A DNA stretch of 64,000 bases. It comes from a virus (Duplodnaviria > Caudoviricetes). This document shows, piece after piece, positions 8,534 to 17,506 of the stretch. The stretch lies in the IMG/VR virus record IMGVR_UViG_3300012827_000001, positions 1-64,000 of that record; one strand, written 5' to 3'. Positions within the stretch are counted from its first letter, which is position 1. The number at the start of each line of letters is the position of its first letter. The notes under the pieces were generated by a model that was given only the letters and a program-made list of their open reading frames with translations, was not told the DNA's origin and made no database searches. A program made the position numbers and the translations under genes.

Positions 8534-9693
8534 CAGAACGAGCCCGGCTCGGTGGAGTCGATCCCCAGCAGCGCCAGACCCTCCCGGCGGATCTGTCCGG
8601 TCATGCGCTTCACCTTTGTGAGCGTCGGGGAGTCGGGCGACTTCTTGAGGAGCTCGGCCACCTTCTTGTCGACCTTGCCAGCCTTACCGTTCGCCTCGGT
8701 GATGAAGGCTGCAAGGTTCGCGCCCGCCTCACCCTTGCGCGCTGCGATCTGCTCTAGCAGCTCCTGGACCGAGTCCAGCAGCTCCAGTGCCTCCTCCTCG
8801 ACGGGGGAGGCGACCGAGAGGATGGTCCGCTCGACCTTCTTCTTCTGGGCGAGGTCCTCCCACAGCGTGTAGCGCAGTGCACGCAGGTCGTCGACCTCTG
8901 CGATGAGGCGGTCCGCGAGGAACGCGGAGGCCCGCACCACGGACATGCTGGCTCGCCAGCGTCGGTCGGAGACCGTGATCCCCTCCTTGCGCAGCGCGCG
9001 CCGGATCTCCAGGACCCCGTCGAGGACGTTGTCCGGGACGATGACCTGCGCCACCTGGGTCACGGCCTCGTTGAGGTCGTCGTAGGTGAGGGTCGTGCCG
9101 ACGCCGTCACGGTTGGGGCGCTCCATGAGCTCCTTGAAGTGCGCGTCCGACGACAGGTAGTCCACCGTGGAGCGAACCAGGAACCGGTCCCACAGCGCCG
9201 CTGCGTCCTCCGACTCGCCTGCGGGGTGCTCGTTCGACGCAGCGAAGATGCTGTGCAGCGGGATCGGGTGCGCGGATCGCCCGTCCACCACCTCGTGCTT
9301 GAGGCGCTCGTTCGCCGCCGCGAGGAGGTCGTGCCCCAGGGTCGGGGACATCTTCCCGGCCTCGTCCAGGAACGCGAAGTGCGCCGTGGTGAGGAAGCCA
9401 GCGTCCTTGCGCCGAAACTCGCCCTTCTCGGACAGTAGGGGCAGATCGTAGGGGCCGAGCACGGCCTGATCGGGTCGGTTCTTGGACAGGAGCTGCTCGA
9501 AGTAGGCGGCCCCTGTGATGCGGGACGAGAAGTCCCGGACGATCTCGGACTTCGCCGTGCCGGGGGGGCCCAGAATGAACGCGTGCTGCCGGGTCAGTGC
9601 AGCGAACAGCATGCCGTCGATGACGTCCTCACGCTCGTAGAACGCCTCGTTCAGCTCAGCGCGGATCCTCCCGAGCGTCGTTGCGGTGCTCAT
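8533..9693 (-). CDS. MoxR-family AAA+ ATPase (RavA-like)
   Basis: YEREDVI, LGPPGTAKS (Walker A), FLDEAGK (Walker B), ASNE, ALWDRF; TGATG-coupled to the VWA gene. Confidence 0.9.
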   Translation of the reverse strand: MSTATTLGRIRAELNEAFYEREDVIDGMLFAALTRQHAFILGPPGTAKSEIVRDFSSRITGAAYFEQLLSKNRPDQAVLGPYDLPLLSEKGEFRRKDAGFLTTAHFAFLDEAGKMSPTLGHDLLAAANERLKHEVVDGRSAHPIPLHSIFAASNEHPAGESEDAAALWDRFLVRSTVDYLSSDAHFKELMERPNRDGVGTTLTYDDLNEAVTQVAQVIVPDNVLDGVLEIRRALRKEGITVSDRRWRASMSVVRASAFLADRLIAEVDDLRALRYTLWEDLAQKKKVERTILSVASPVEEEALELLDSVQELLEQIAARKGEAGANLAAFITEANGKAGKVDKKVAELLKKSPDSPTLTKVKRMTGQIRREGLALLGIDSTEPGSF

Positions 9694-9780
9694 GGACCTC
9701 CTTCGGGTTTGTGGTGTTCTTGGGTGCGGGGATGATGTTCAACCGCTTGATGCGGTGGTTGGGCAGCGGTACGTCGAAGG

Positions 9781-10068
9781 TCAGAGCCATGTGCGCCCCT
9801 CGTCGTGCGCAGACCATGCGTCCTCGACCACGCGGTCCTCCTCGTCGGAGAGCCACTGCTCGAAGAGGCCGTCGTCGCGTGCGTACTCGCGGGCGAGCTC
9901 CTCGTCGTCGGACTCGTCCCACTGCCGGGCGAGCTCTTCCTCGTCGGGCTCGCCCTCCATGTACAGGGGCCAGCCGTCGGTCTTCTCGAAGAACTTGGAC
10001 TCCTCGGCGAGGGAGTTGGTGATCCCGTCTGCGATGTTGTTTGTGATCTCGTCTGCGATGTTTCCCAT
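9781..10068 (-). CDS. Highly acidic small protein
   Basis: 31 Asp/Glu versus 7 Lys/Arg in 95 aa; GGAGG RBS. Confidence 0.7.
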   Translation of the reverse strand: MGNIADEITNNIADGITNSLAEESKFFEKTDGWPLYMEGEPDEEELARQWDESDDEELAREYARDDGLFEQWLSDEEDRVVEDAWSAHDEGRTWL

Positions 10069-10313
10069 CAGTCCTCCTTGCCAGGAAACTTGGGTCGCGT
10101 CGCGATGCACTCGAAGCTCTCCTCAGGAAAGGAGAGATCAACCACCCATTCTCGACCGTTGCTGCGGTCGACAACTTCATAGACGGCGGCCTTGGCGCGC
10201 TCGCCGGCCCAGTCGAGAAAGGACTGAACCGCCTCCCGGGGTGTGATCCCGACGGGGTCAAAGATGTCGACGGTAAGGGACACCTTGTACTCGGTCCCCG
10301 TGTGGTTGCTCAT
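10068..10313 (-). CDS. Hypothetical protein
   Basis: AAGGAG RBS before ATG10313. Confidence 0.65.
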   Translation of the reverse strand: MSNHTGTEYKVSLTVDIFDPVGITPREAVQSFLDWAGERAKAAVYEVVDRSNGREWVVDLSFPEESFECIATRPKFPGKED

Positions 10314-10323
10314 GGTGCTCCTT

Positions 10324-11217
10324 TCAAGAAAGGGGGAGGTCGGCGAGTTGCTCGACCTTTGCGTCCGTGAGGACCAGGTCGCTGCGCACGCCCATGTAGA
10401 CAGCACTGCGGAGTCGGTTGTCGGCCGACCTGCCGAGGGCCTGCACCTCCACGAGGAAGGGCTTGCCGGCGCTGAGCGACTCCCGCAGGGAACGCTCCTC
10501 GTCTACGGTCCAGCCCGTGCCGACCCGACCGATGGGCACCGGCCGAAAGTCGTCCAGCAGGGCGAGCTCGATGCTCAGGCCCCTCGTGGACCCTGCCCCT
10601 GCTGCGATGGCCGTGACACGGCGCAACGCCTTGAACTTGATCCAGGACTCGCACCGCTTGCCGGGGATGTACAGCGACGACTTCTGCTTGACGACGATGC
10701 CCTCGCCGCCAGCCTCGACGACCTCGCGCCACAGCCCGAGGGTGTCCTTCGACGCCTTGACGGGGCGGATGTTGCGTCGCTTGCGGAGGATCCCCTCCAG
10801 GAGGACTCGGCGCTGCCGGTAGCGGATCTTCGTGAGGTCCTGCCCGCCGCACGACAGGATGTCGAACGCGCGGAACTCGCACGGGTCGGCCTTCGCGGCC
10901 GTGTCGAATCCTGATGTGCGCTTGTCCCGCTTCAGCACCGTGCTGAGCGTGCCGTCACGGGGGACGATCTCGCCGTCCAGGACCATCGCACTGAGTCGCT
11001 GCCGGGCGATCTCCGGGTACTTCTCGGTGACCTCCACGCCGTTGCGGTTCCAGATGCGACAAGAGCGGCCGTCCGATTCGACGACCGCTCTGATTCCATC
11101 TTCCTTGACCTCGGCCATCCAGTCGGCCCGTGAGGCGATCTCCGTCAGGAGGATGGGCCGCCTACCACTGGCGCCGGTGCTCGGCACCGCCAGCATGGGG
11201 GAGTAGGGGCTACTCAT
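10324..11217 (-). CDS. ATP-dependent DNA ligase (stand-alone LigD-ligase/LigC-like: adenylation plus OB domains)
   Basis: Motif I EVKEDGIRA, III LDGEIV, IIIa FRAFDIL, IV EGIVVK, V YIPGKR..SWIKFK. Confidence 0.93.
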   Translation of the reverse strand: MSSPYSPMLAVPSTGASGRRPILLTEIASRADWMAEVKEDGIRAVVESDGRSCRIWNRNGVEVTEKYPEIARQRLSAMVLDGEIVPRDGTLSTVLKRDKRTSGFDTAAKADPCEFRAFDILSCGGQDLTKIRYRQRRVLLEGILRKRRNIRPVKASKDTLGLWREVVEAGGEGIVVKQKSSLYIPGKRCESWIKFKALRRVTAIAAGAGSTRGLSIELALLDDFRPVPIGRVGTGWTVDEERSLRESLSAGKPFLVEVQALGRSADNRLRSAVYMGVRSDLVLTDAKVEQLADLPLS

Positions 11218-11404
11218 TTGCCTTCCAGAGGAGGTTCGCCAGCGTGGTTGCGTCGTCACCCTCCAGCAGTGGGACGTGGATGATGGGCCCGCCGCGGAGG
11301 AAGACTCTCACGTAGTTGAGGCCCAAATCGATTGCGTCCACGGCCCCGGCGCTCAGCCAGACACCGTTGTAGCGGATGTACCGGTTCGTGGTGCTAGACC
11401 ACAT
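11210..11404 (-). CDS. Hypothetical protein
   Basis: GGAGG RBS; coupled. Confidence 0.55.
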   Translation of the reverse strand: MWSSTTNRYIRYNGVWLSAGAVDAIDLGLNYVRVFLRGGPIIHVPLLEGDDATTLANLLWKANE

Positions 11405-11630
11405 CTATGCCACCTCCTTCTGAGTCTCCGCACTCGTGCTTGTTGAGTCGCCGCTGGATGTACAGCAGCTCGGAGATCGGAACCATGTAGTACGACGGGA
11501 TGAACATCGGCCTCCCCTCCACAACCAGTCCGTTGTGCACGGCGATGACGACGGGAATCAGCTCTTCCGGGTCGCCCTCAAGGTCGGCCAGGTCAGCGGC
11601 CGTGGGCTCGGAAATATTCACCCCGGTCAC
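11394..11630 (-). CDS. Hypothetical protein
   Basis: Coupled small ORF. Confidence 0.55.
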   Translation of the reverse strand: MTGVNISEPTAADLADLEGDPEELIPVVIAVHNGLVVEGRPMFIPSYYMVPISELLYIQRRLNKHECGDSEGGGIDVV

Positions 11631-11803
11631 GGTGCGCGCCCCTCAGCAATGAGGGCTGCGTAGAGCGCGCCCGAAAGGAACGCCTCGTTCATCGCCTGGC
11701 GCTCGCGAAAGCTGAAACCCTCGTCCTGCCACTCTCCCCGGAGGAACCCCGCCTGATCTTCGATCAGGTCTTCAAAGTCGTGCGGACGCTTCCAATTGCT
11801 CAT
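11627..11803 (-). CDS. Hypothetical protein
   Basis: AAGGAGG RBS before ATG11803. Confidence 0.6.
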   Translation of the reverse strand: MSNWKRPHDFEDLIEDQAGFLRGEWQDEGFSFRERQAMNEAFLSGALYAALIAEGRAP

Positions 11804-11969
11804 GTAGTGATGACCTCCTTGTTGAGTCGGACGCGGAGTCGACCAATGCACGCCTCGTCGTTGCACACGTAGCCGGTGATGACTGAGCCGTTGGCTGGGA
11901 TGGGGATCCGGGACTTCGCCAGGGGGCGCTGGACGGTGCCGCAGAAGTGACACTGCGGGCCGTGGGGGA

Positions 11970-12266
11970 TCACTTGACCAGATCCATGAAGTAGCGGTAC
12001 GCCTCGCGGCCCGTCACGAAGTGCGTGACGTCCTCGTGCTCATCGACGACATCGAGGGCGTATCGGTGAACGACAACGGTATTGGGCTCGTCGTCTGGAC
12101 CCCACGAGTCGTGCATCTTCACGTGCTGGTTCGCGTCGTACCACGTGGGCCCTCCCAGGACCATGAGCCCACCCGCGTAGTGCTTGACAAACGGCATGAT
12201 CTCGTACGAGGAAAGGGTCTGTGCGCAGATCGGGTTCTGTGCGCTGAATGCATCTACCTCGTTCAC
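11970..12266 (-). CDS. Hypothetical protein
   Basis: GTGA overlap with the Ku stop. Confidence 0.65.
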   Translation of the reverse strand: MNEVDAFSAQNPICAQTLSSYEIMPFVKHYAGGLMVLGGPTWYDANQHVKMHDSWGPDDEPNTVVVHRYALDVVDEHEDVTHFVTGREAYRYFMDLVK

Positions 12267-13069
12267 GCGCTCACCTTCTTCCTGGATCGGGTCGGCTTCT
12301 TCGTGGAGGCCACCTGTGCGGCGAGCTTCTCCATCAGGTCAGAAACGTTCGTCGCGGCGACAGTGGTCGAGGTGTCGGACTTGCCGACAACCGGCCGGCC
12401 CTTGATGAGGTCAGCCAGGCGAGACTCGACGTCGTCCATGTAGACCGCCGGGTCGTAGTCGCCCACCGTGAGCACCTGCTCAGCGAGAGCGACGAGTTGG
12501 TCGTTGCGCTCCAGCGCCACCTCGGGCGCCTCACGGACGTTGGCCGCGTTGACGCGCTCCTGAAGAACAAGGACGCCGCCGTACTGCCGCAGCCGGAACT
12601 GACCGACCGACGAACGGGGAGTCCAGCGCGCCATGAACGCCAACTCGGGGTGGTTGGTCACCAGCGCCAGGAGGGTGGTGTACGCGGCCTCGTGCCCCGG
12701 CTCCGGGGTGAGGTGGTACATCTTCTCCCCGACGGCGGTCAGGACCTCGACCTGCTCGGCGGGGTGGACGGTAACGTCGGCCTTCTTCTTGAAGCGGTTC
12801 GCGACCTCGGCGAGGACGTCCAGGTCCTCTGCCTCCAGGACCACCAAGCCGTCGTCAACGGGGCGAGCCTTCTTGAGTTGCTGGAAGGGAACCTCGCCGT
12901 GGGTGGGGCAGACCCTGGGCTGCCGGATCTGCGTGGGCTCGTGGTCGAGGTCGCACACCATCACGTTGCCGGACGCGCGGGGCTTGTCCAGGGCGGCGAA
13001 CATCGAGACCGATGCAGAGATGAGTCCCATGCTCAGGGCCACACCCTGAGCGACGCTACGTGGCGCCAT
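12263..13069 (-). CDS. ku: Ku (NHEJ DNA end-binding) protein
   Basis: Prokaryotic Ku pattern: MGLISASVSMFAA, QIRQPRVCPTHGEVPFQQLKKA, VVLEAEDLD, AYTTLLAL, C-terminal DLMEKL plus basic tail. Confidence 0.85.
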   Translation of the reverse strand: MAPRSVAQGVALSMGLISASVSMFAALDKPRASGNVMVCDLDHEPTQIRQPRVCPTHGEVPFQQLKKARPVDDGLVVLEAEDLDVLAEVANRFKKKADVTVHPAEQVEVLTAVGEKMYHLTPEPGHEAAYTTLLALVTNHPELAFMARWTPRSSVGQFRLRQYGGVLVLQERVNAANVREAPEVALERNDQLVALAEQVLTVGDYDPAVYMDDVESRLADLIKGRPVVGKSDTSTTVAATNVSDLMEKLAAQVASTKKPTRSRKKVSA

Positions 13070-13307
13070 TCTCGCCTCCTATCAAATAGTTGATGCTGTC
13101 GTCAACGTGCACATGCGCAACCACCACGCCTGAGTGTGATTCGCCGGTCTCGGCTGACGCGAGAGGCCAAATTCGGTATGCATCAATTCCATCACCGAGA
13201 TGCATAGTAACGGCGTACCCATGCCAGTAATCCGGGGGCACTAGTTCGCGCTGGCCACGGACCGCCGCGCGGGCGACTTCGATTGCCTCATTCAGGGTGG
13301 CTGACAT
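13056..13307 (-). CDS. Hypothetical protein, visibly lower GC
   Basis: GGAGG RBS; many A/T-ending codons. Confidence 0.55.
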   Translation of the reverse strand: MSATLNEAIEVARAAVRGQRELVPPDYWHGYAVTMHLGDGIDAYRIWPLASAETGESHSGVVVAHVHVDDSINYLIGGENGAT

Positions 13308-13333
13308 TGCACCTCCAATCTCTCGTTGGGCAC

Positions 13334-13369
13334 AAAGAAGCCCCTCGTCCCGTAGGGGACGAGGGGCTT
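13334..13369 (-). terminator. Intrinsic terminator
   Basis: AAGCCCCTCGTCCC/GGGACGAGGGGCTT 14-bp stem. Confidence 0.8.
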
Positions 13370-13390
13370 GAAGGGCTGAGGGGGGTGGCG

Positions 13391-13681
13391 CTACGGCGCG
13401 GGCGGCGGATCGGGAAGGACGACGGACAGGTTCCCCCGCACGATGGAGCCAGGGTTGGCGCGCTTGATCTCGTGGACAGCGCTCCAGTCGGCATTCTCAA
13501 GCTCTACGTACTGTCCGGAGACGATCGCGGCCGGCACGGAGGCGTCGCTGCTCGTCCACACCCGGGTCGTCCAGACCAGGCCTGGCTGGTGCTCGCTGCC
13601 CGCCTGGTTGGCGTCGATGACCAGGTCGTCCCTGTGGCCGCTCCTGCGGACCAGGTGCTGAAGGTGCTCGGGGATGTGCAC
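13391..13681 (-). CDS. Hypothetical protein
   Basis: GGAGG RBS; ends just before the terminator. Confidence 0.6.
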   Translation of the reverse strand: MHIPEHLQHLVRRSGHRDDLVIDANQAGSEHQPGLVWTTRVWTSSDASVPAAIVSGQYVELENADWSAVHEIKRANPGSIVRGNLSVVLPDPPPAP

Positions 13682-13748
13682 GGGGGGCCTCCTTCGTCGT
13701 CTAGGGCTCTCGTGGTGATCGTAGGGGAAGTGTGCCCCGTCCCGGGGG

Positions 13749-13979
13749 TCACACAGGGAGCGGGTTGCCCACCAGGCTCGGGTCGTTCACGGCCGCGCTC
13801 AGTTTCTGAAGCAACTGAGCCGCCGTGTGGTGGTGCATGTAGATGACCAGGGAGCCGTAGTGGATATGCACCTGAAGGTCCCCGAGGACGGGGTCGCCCC
13901 GGTTGGAGACGTTGTTGACGGTGGCGCTCACGTGGTCGCCTTCGGAGGCATAGACGGTGAACGAACCCTGAAGGCTCAC
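13749..13979 (-). CDS. Hypothetical protein
   Basis: GAGGAGG RBS; GTG start coupled to the upstream stop. Confidence 0.6.
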   Translation of the reverse strand: MSLQGSFTVYASEGDHVSATVNNVSNRGDPVLGDLQVHIHYGSLVIYMHHHTAAQLLQKLSAAVNDPSLVGNPLPV

Positions 13980-14152
13980 ACCGGAACCTCCTCTCTTTTG
14001 TCCACGGCGATCTGCCAGCCCGCAGCCAGAAGGGCGAGCTCGTGCTTGTTGTAGTGGTGGTTGCAGAAGTGCAGTTCCAGGTTGTCCTGGGTCATCACCA
14101 CGTAGGCGACGACGGCCGGCCCGCACCGGTCACAGTGAAGGCGTGCGGTCAC
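13976..14152 (-). CDS. 58-aa Cys/His zinc-binding protein (not in ORF track)
   Basis: MTARLHCDRCG...LHFCNHHYNKHE; GGGAGG RBS; coupled at both ends. Confidence 0.7.
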   Translation of the reverse strand: MTARLHCDRCGPAVVAYVVMTQDNLELHFCNHHYNKHELALLAAGWQIAVDKREEVPV

Positions 14153-14472
14153 TCGTCATCCTCCCCGTCAACCGCGGACACGGTCTCGGCGTGCTTGTCG
14201 CAGACGCGAACCCACACCTCCACGCCCACCGGCATTCGGTTGATGTCGCACACCTCGTCTGTGGCGGGTGCGCCGCACACTTCGCAGGCCTCGACGGGCG
14301 TAGGAATGTCACCGTAGTCAGCACGCTCGAAGAGGTTGCGGATCGCGTCCAGCACTGTATCCCCGAAGCCGCTTGCCACGACGCTGCCGTCCACGGTCGC
14401 CGTCCACGGGGCCTCCGGGCAGGACTCGCGGTCGTAATCGTCCACCGTGATCGTGTAGGTGATCTTCGCCAT
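14149..14472 (-). CDS. Hypothetical protein with CxxC...C zinc motif
   Basis: CEVCG...C...VCDKH. Confidence 0.65.
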   Translation of the reverse strand: MAKITYTITVDDYDRESCPEAPWTATVDGSVVASGFGDTVLDAIRNLFERADYGDIPTPVEACEVCGAPATDEVCDINRMPVGVEVWVRVCDKHAETVSAVDGEDDE

Positions 14473-14475
14473 GGC

Positions 14476-14775
14476 TCAGTCCTCCAGCAGGGAGGCGGCG
14501 ACCTCGGACCAGTCCACCCGCCACAGGGAGCCGACCTCGACCATCATGCGCCGCAGATCCTCGGGCTGCTCGGTGTCGAACTCGCACCGGTACCAGTAGG
14601 GGTCGAAAAGCGCCTTGACCAGGTCCTCCACCTCCTCGGCCACATTTTCGTCATCGCCCGCCCACTGCCGTGCGTTCTCCCGGAAGAGCTCGTACAGGCC
14701 ATGGTCGTTGTTAATGTGCAGCGCGAGGGCCCACGTCTCGCGGTTCGCCCAGCCCTGGTATGTCTCGTCGCTCAC
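14476..14775 (-). CDS. Acidic phage early protein
   Basis: [19 protein letters not shown] motif typical of phage early genes. Confidence 0.7.
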   Translation of the reverse strand: MSDETYQGWANRETWALALHINNDHGLYELFRENARQWAGDDENVAEEVEDLVKALFDPYWYRCEFDTEQPEDLRRMMVEVGSLWRVDWSEVAASLLED

Positions 14776-14884
14776 AGCCCCTCCCTCACAATGTGATAGC
14801 CGCAGATGTAACGCGGCTCAACGGAACCTGAATAGACCTCCACGAGGTCGTCGGAATGGTGCGAACTGACCGAACTATCGCAGG

Positions 14885-15172
14885 TCACGGACGGCCTCCT
14901 TTCAGCCAGTCGTCCAGGTAGGACTGGATGGCGTTGCCCCATGCGATCCATTCATCATGGCTCATGGGACCCCCTGCGGGACCTGGCTCGCGGACACAGA
15001 TGCCGCCGTATTCGTTCGCATCCGTGTAGTCGTGGAGCGAAGGAAAGTCCGGAATGTCCGGGGGGACAATTCCCCGGCGAATGTCGTAGCGGATCTCGCC
15101 CTTTGCGCGCTCGATCGCGAGGTACAGGCCAGGGAAGTCGTACCCGTGGCGCAAGGAAGTGTCGCGGCTCAT
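14885..15172 (-). CDS. Hypothetical phage early protein
   Basis: FPSLHDYTDANEYGG motif; GGAAAGG RBS. Confidence 0.65.
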   Translation of the reverse strand: MSRDTSLRHGYDFPGLYLAIERAKGEIRYDIRRGIVPPDIPDFPSLHDYTDANEYGGICVREPGPAGGPMSHDEWIAWGNAIQSYLDDWLKGGRP

Positions 15173-15348
15173 TCGAGAGCCTTTCCGTGGGAGATGGGAA
15201 GCCTCTCGTCGAGGTAGGCGATGAAGCGCTGACGTTCCTCCCCGTCGACCTCCTCGGCGAGGAAGTCCCACGCCACCTGGTCCAGAGCGGCGTAGTTGTA
15301 CCCGCGCCCCCAGATGAGGGTTTCTACAGCCTTTTCGAGGTCACTCAT
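15169..15348 (-). CDS. Hypothetical protein
   Basis: GAGG RBS; coupled. Confidence 0.55.
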   Translation of the reverse strand: MSDLEKAVETLIWGRGYNYAALDQVAWDFLAEEVDGEERQRFIAYLDERLPISHGKALE

Positions 15349-15364
15349 TGGCCTCATCTCAAGG

Positions 15365-15727
15365 TCACCCACTGGACACCTCCGTTCCGAAGTATTCGGC
15401 CGCCTTTGCGGGCGTCCAGAGGAGGGCAATGGCACGATCGCGCACATCGAGGTGGTAACCCCAGGCCTCCTCATCGCCCCCGTCGTCATCCTCAACGAGG
15501 TAGAGGAGGTAGTCGCGCACATCCTCCGGAAGGAGGGCGTAGATGAGGGCTGCACGGTCGTAGTAGGCGTCCAGCATGGTCTCGGGGAAGTCCTGGCTGA
15601 CGCCGACCTGGGCCTCGACACTGACGATGTCGCCAAAGTCACCGGCGAGGGCCGGAATGGGCTCGCAGATGATGAGCCGGAAGGGCGGCAAGGTGCCGTC
15701 GGATGCGGCCTCAGGAACCACGGTCAT
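15365..15727 (-). CDS. Acidic hypothetical protein
   Basis: GAGGAG RBS; EDDDGGDEE tract. Confidence 0.65.
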   Translation of the reverse strand: MTVVPEAASDGTLPPFRLIICEPIPALAGDFGDIVSVEAQVGVSQDFPETMLDAYYDRAALIYALLPEDVRDYLLYLVEDDDGGDEEAWGYHLDVRDRAIALLWTPAKAAEYFGTEVSSG

Positions 15728-16368
15728 GACTCCTCCTCTTGGTAGCGCTTGAAATCCCATAGCGCCTCACTCACGGCATACTCATAGCCGATGAGTCCCC
15801 AGCACGAATCCACCTCGTCCCACGCCTCCTGGTCGGTCTCGCGGAGAATGTCGCCAGCGAGGTTGGTGACGATGACATGCTCGGTGACCTTGCGCTCGAT
15901 CACGTAGCCGTAGGTGTCGCCCGCAGCCCACTTCCCATACTCGGAAATTTCGGCTGTAGTCGTCTCAGGACCCATCGGAGCCCCGATATTCTCGCAGAGT
16001 TCCGGGTCGGAGTACCAGACAAGGCCGTCCTGCTCGATCACACCCAGGTCCCAGCCGTGGAAGATCCGCGCCCACCGGGCGAAGACCTCCCGGGCCTCGG
16101 AGAATCGGTCGGCGAAGTACTCATAGGCATACCCGAGGGAGTTGTGGTTATTCTCGTAGCCCTTACGCGACTCTCCAGGCTTGAGGCTGTTCCAGGGGAA
16201 GGCGGAGGTGACGATGTATGACGTGGCGACGTCGTAGTCGAGGCGCGGGTTCTCAGTGTTCTCGTCCTGGTGCAGGATGAGCCGGTGCGCGTCTGTCGCT
16301 TCGAGGAGGTAGGCGTCCGCGAACACGTCAGCGCGCCCGGAAGGGGTAGCGGAAGTACCTGCCCTCAT
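15724..16368 (-). CDS. Acidic phage protein (start uncertain, possibly GTG16326)
   Basis: EYGKWAAGDTYGYVIE...DSCWGLIG motif seen in phage/plasmid early genes. Confidence 0.65.
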   Translation of the reverse strand: MRAGTSATPSGRADVFADAYLLEATDAHRLILHQDENTENPRLDYDVATSYIVTSAFPWNSLKPGESRKGYENNHNSLGYAYEYFADRFSEAREVFARWARIFHGWDLGVIEQDGLVWYSDPELCENIGAPMGPETTTAEISEYGKWAAGDTYGYVIERKVTEHVIVTNLAGDILRETDQEAWDEVDSCWGLIGYEYAVSEALWDFKRYQEEES

Positions 16369-16525
16369 GGAAGCCGTAGCGAACGGGGTCGAGCTCGTGC
16401 GCGCGGGCCTTGCGACCCATGCGGGGGTTACTGACCTCCTCGCGAATGGCGGAGTACGCCTCCTGCCGGCGCTTGGCGTCCGCGCGGCGCTCCTGGCGCC
16501 GTGCGGGGGAGTTGTTCTTGGGCAT
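16328..16525 (-). CDS. Small basic protein
   Basis: GAGGAG RBS; Arg/Lys-rich. Confidence 0.6.
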   Translation of the reverse strand: MPKNNSPARRQERRADAKRRQEAYSAIREEVSNPRMGRKARAHELDPVRYGFHEGRYFRYPFRAR

Positions 16526-16811
16526 GGGAAGTGCTCCTCTCGTCGGAGGCGAGTAGAGGGCCGCCCCCCGCCGGTGTCAGCGACGGCGGGGGGCGGCGGT
16601 GTGGCGCGCTCGTGCTAGCGCGCGTTCCGGCGGGAAGGTGCCGGAAGCTGTGAACCACTAAAGGCAATCAGGGCATTGCAGGGTCTTCTGGCAGTGCGCA
16701 TTCTTCGCAAATGACGAAGACATGAATCGCATCACCGATGTTGATCACCGCCCGACCCAGAAAGTAACTGTGGCCACAATCCAAGTGGTGGCCGTAGAAA
16801 GTCGCCATCGG

Positions 16812-17093
16812 TCAGTCCTTCGCATTCATCGCGGCCACGCCCCACGCCAGCGCGGCGTCGTCGAAGCGGAGTCGCATTTCGGGCGGGCCGTATGCGCGCC
16901 AGGTGGCGAGATTGGCGCGCATCCCGGAAGGGCGCGCCTCGTGGCTCCAGACCAGGGCCTCGTCGGCCTCGTCGCCGCGATGCAGGTGATCGAACGGTGC
17001 GATGCCCTCGCTCGTGTCGAAGTCGCTCACGGCGGCGTTCGGCTCGACGAACAGGTGGCAGTCGGCGCACTTCTCGTAGAAGTACGTACTCAT
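16812..17093 (-). CDS. Hypothetical protein (CxxC...H motif)
   Basis: GGAGGAGG RBS. Confidence 0.6.
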   Translation of the reverse strand: MSTYFYEKCADCHLFVEPNAAVSDFDTSEGIAPFDHLHRGDEADEALVWSHEARPSGMRANLATWRAYGPPEMRLRFDDAALAWGVAAMNAKD

Positions 17094-17506
17094 GGTGTGA
17101 CCTCCTCCAACTCGTATTGAAGAATGGAAAGTTCGTCGGAGTACTGGTACGCCCACTCCACGACGTACAGCGGGAAGCCGTACGGGTCGGAGTCATAGCC
17201 GAAGGGAACCGCGTCCATCATGAAGTATCGGTAACGGCCCGCGTCGTCCAGGAGGAAGGACAGGAAGGCGGCGAATGCTCGGCGGAGCACGTCCTCTTCG
17301 GTGACACCCCCGATGAGGGGTGCGTAGAGATCGTCACCCTCGTGGGACTCCTGCCCAGGGATGTCGAAGTGGTAGCGGAAGCCCAGCGCGCCGCGGTCGT
17401 CCCACTTGCCGGAGAAGCCCAGGCTGATCCAGCCGTCGCCGACGCGAAGTCCTGGCATGAGGCGCGGGCTGATCTGAAGCGGAAAGTTGAGCCTCACGTG
17501 AACCAC
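17090..17506 (-). CDS. Hypothetical phage early protein
   Basis: GGGAGG RBS; acidic C-terminus. Confidence 0.7.
   Translation of the reverse strand: MVHVRLNFPLQISPRLMPGLRVGDGWISLGFSGKWDDRGALGFRYHFDIPGQESHEGDDLYAPLIGGVTEEDVLRRAFAAFLSFLLDDAGRYRYFMMDAVPFGYDSDPYGFPLYVVEWAYQYSDELSILQYELEEVTP

Noticed and set aside
10324-11217. Full multidomain LigD
   Set aside because: About 297 aa with ligase and OB domains only; the 39961..41208 phosphoesterase is calcineurin-like, not the LigD PE family
16607-16628. Additional palindrome copy (TGCTAGCGC core)
   Set aside because: Only about 13/22 match and the arms are not complementary; left out of the count
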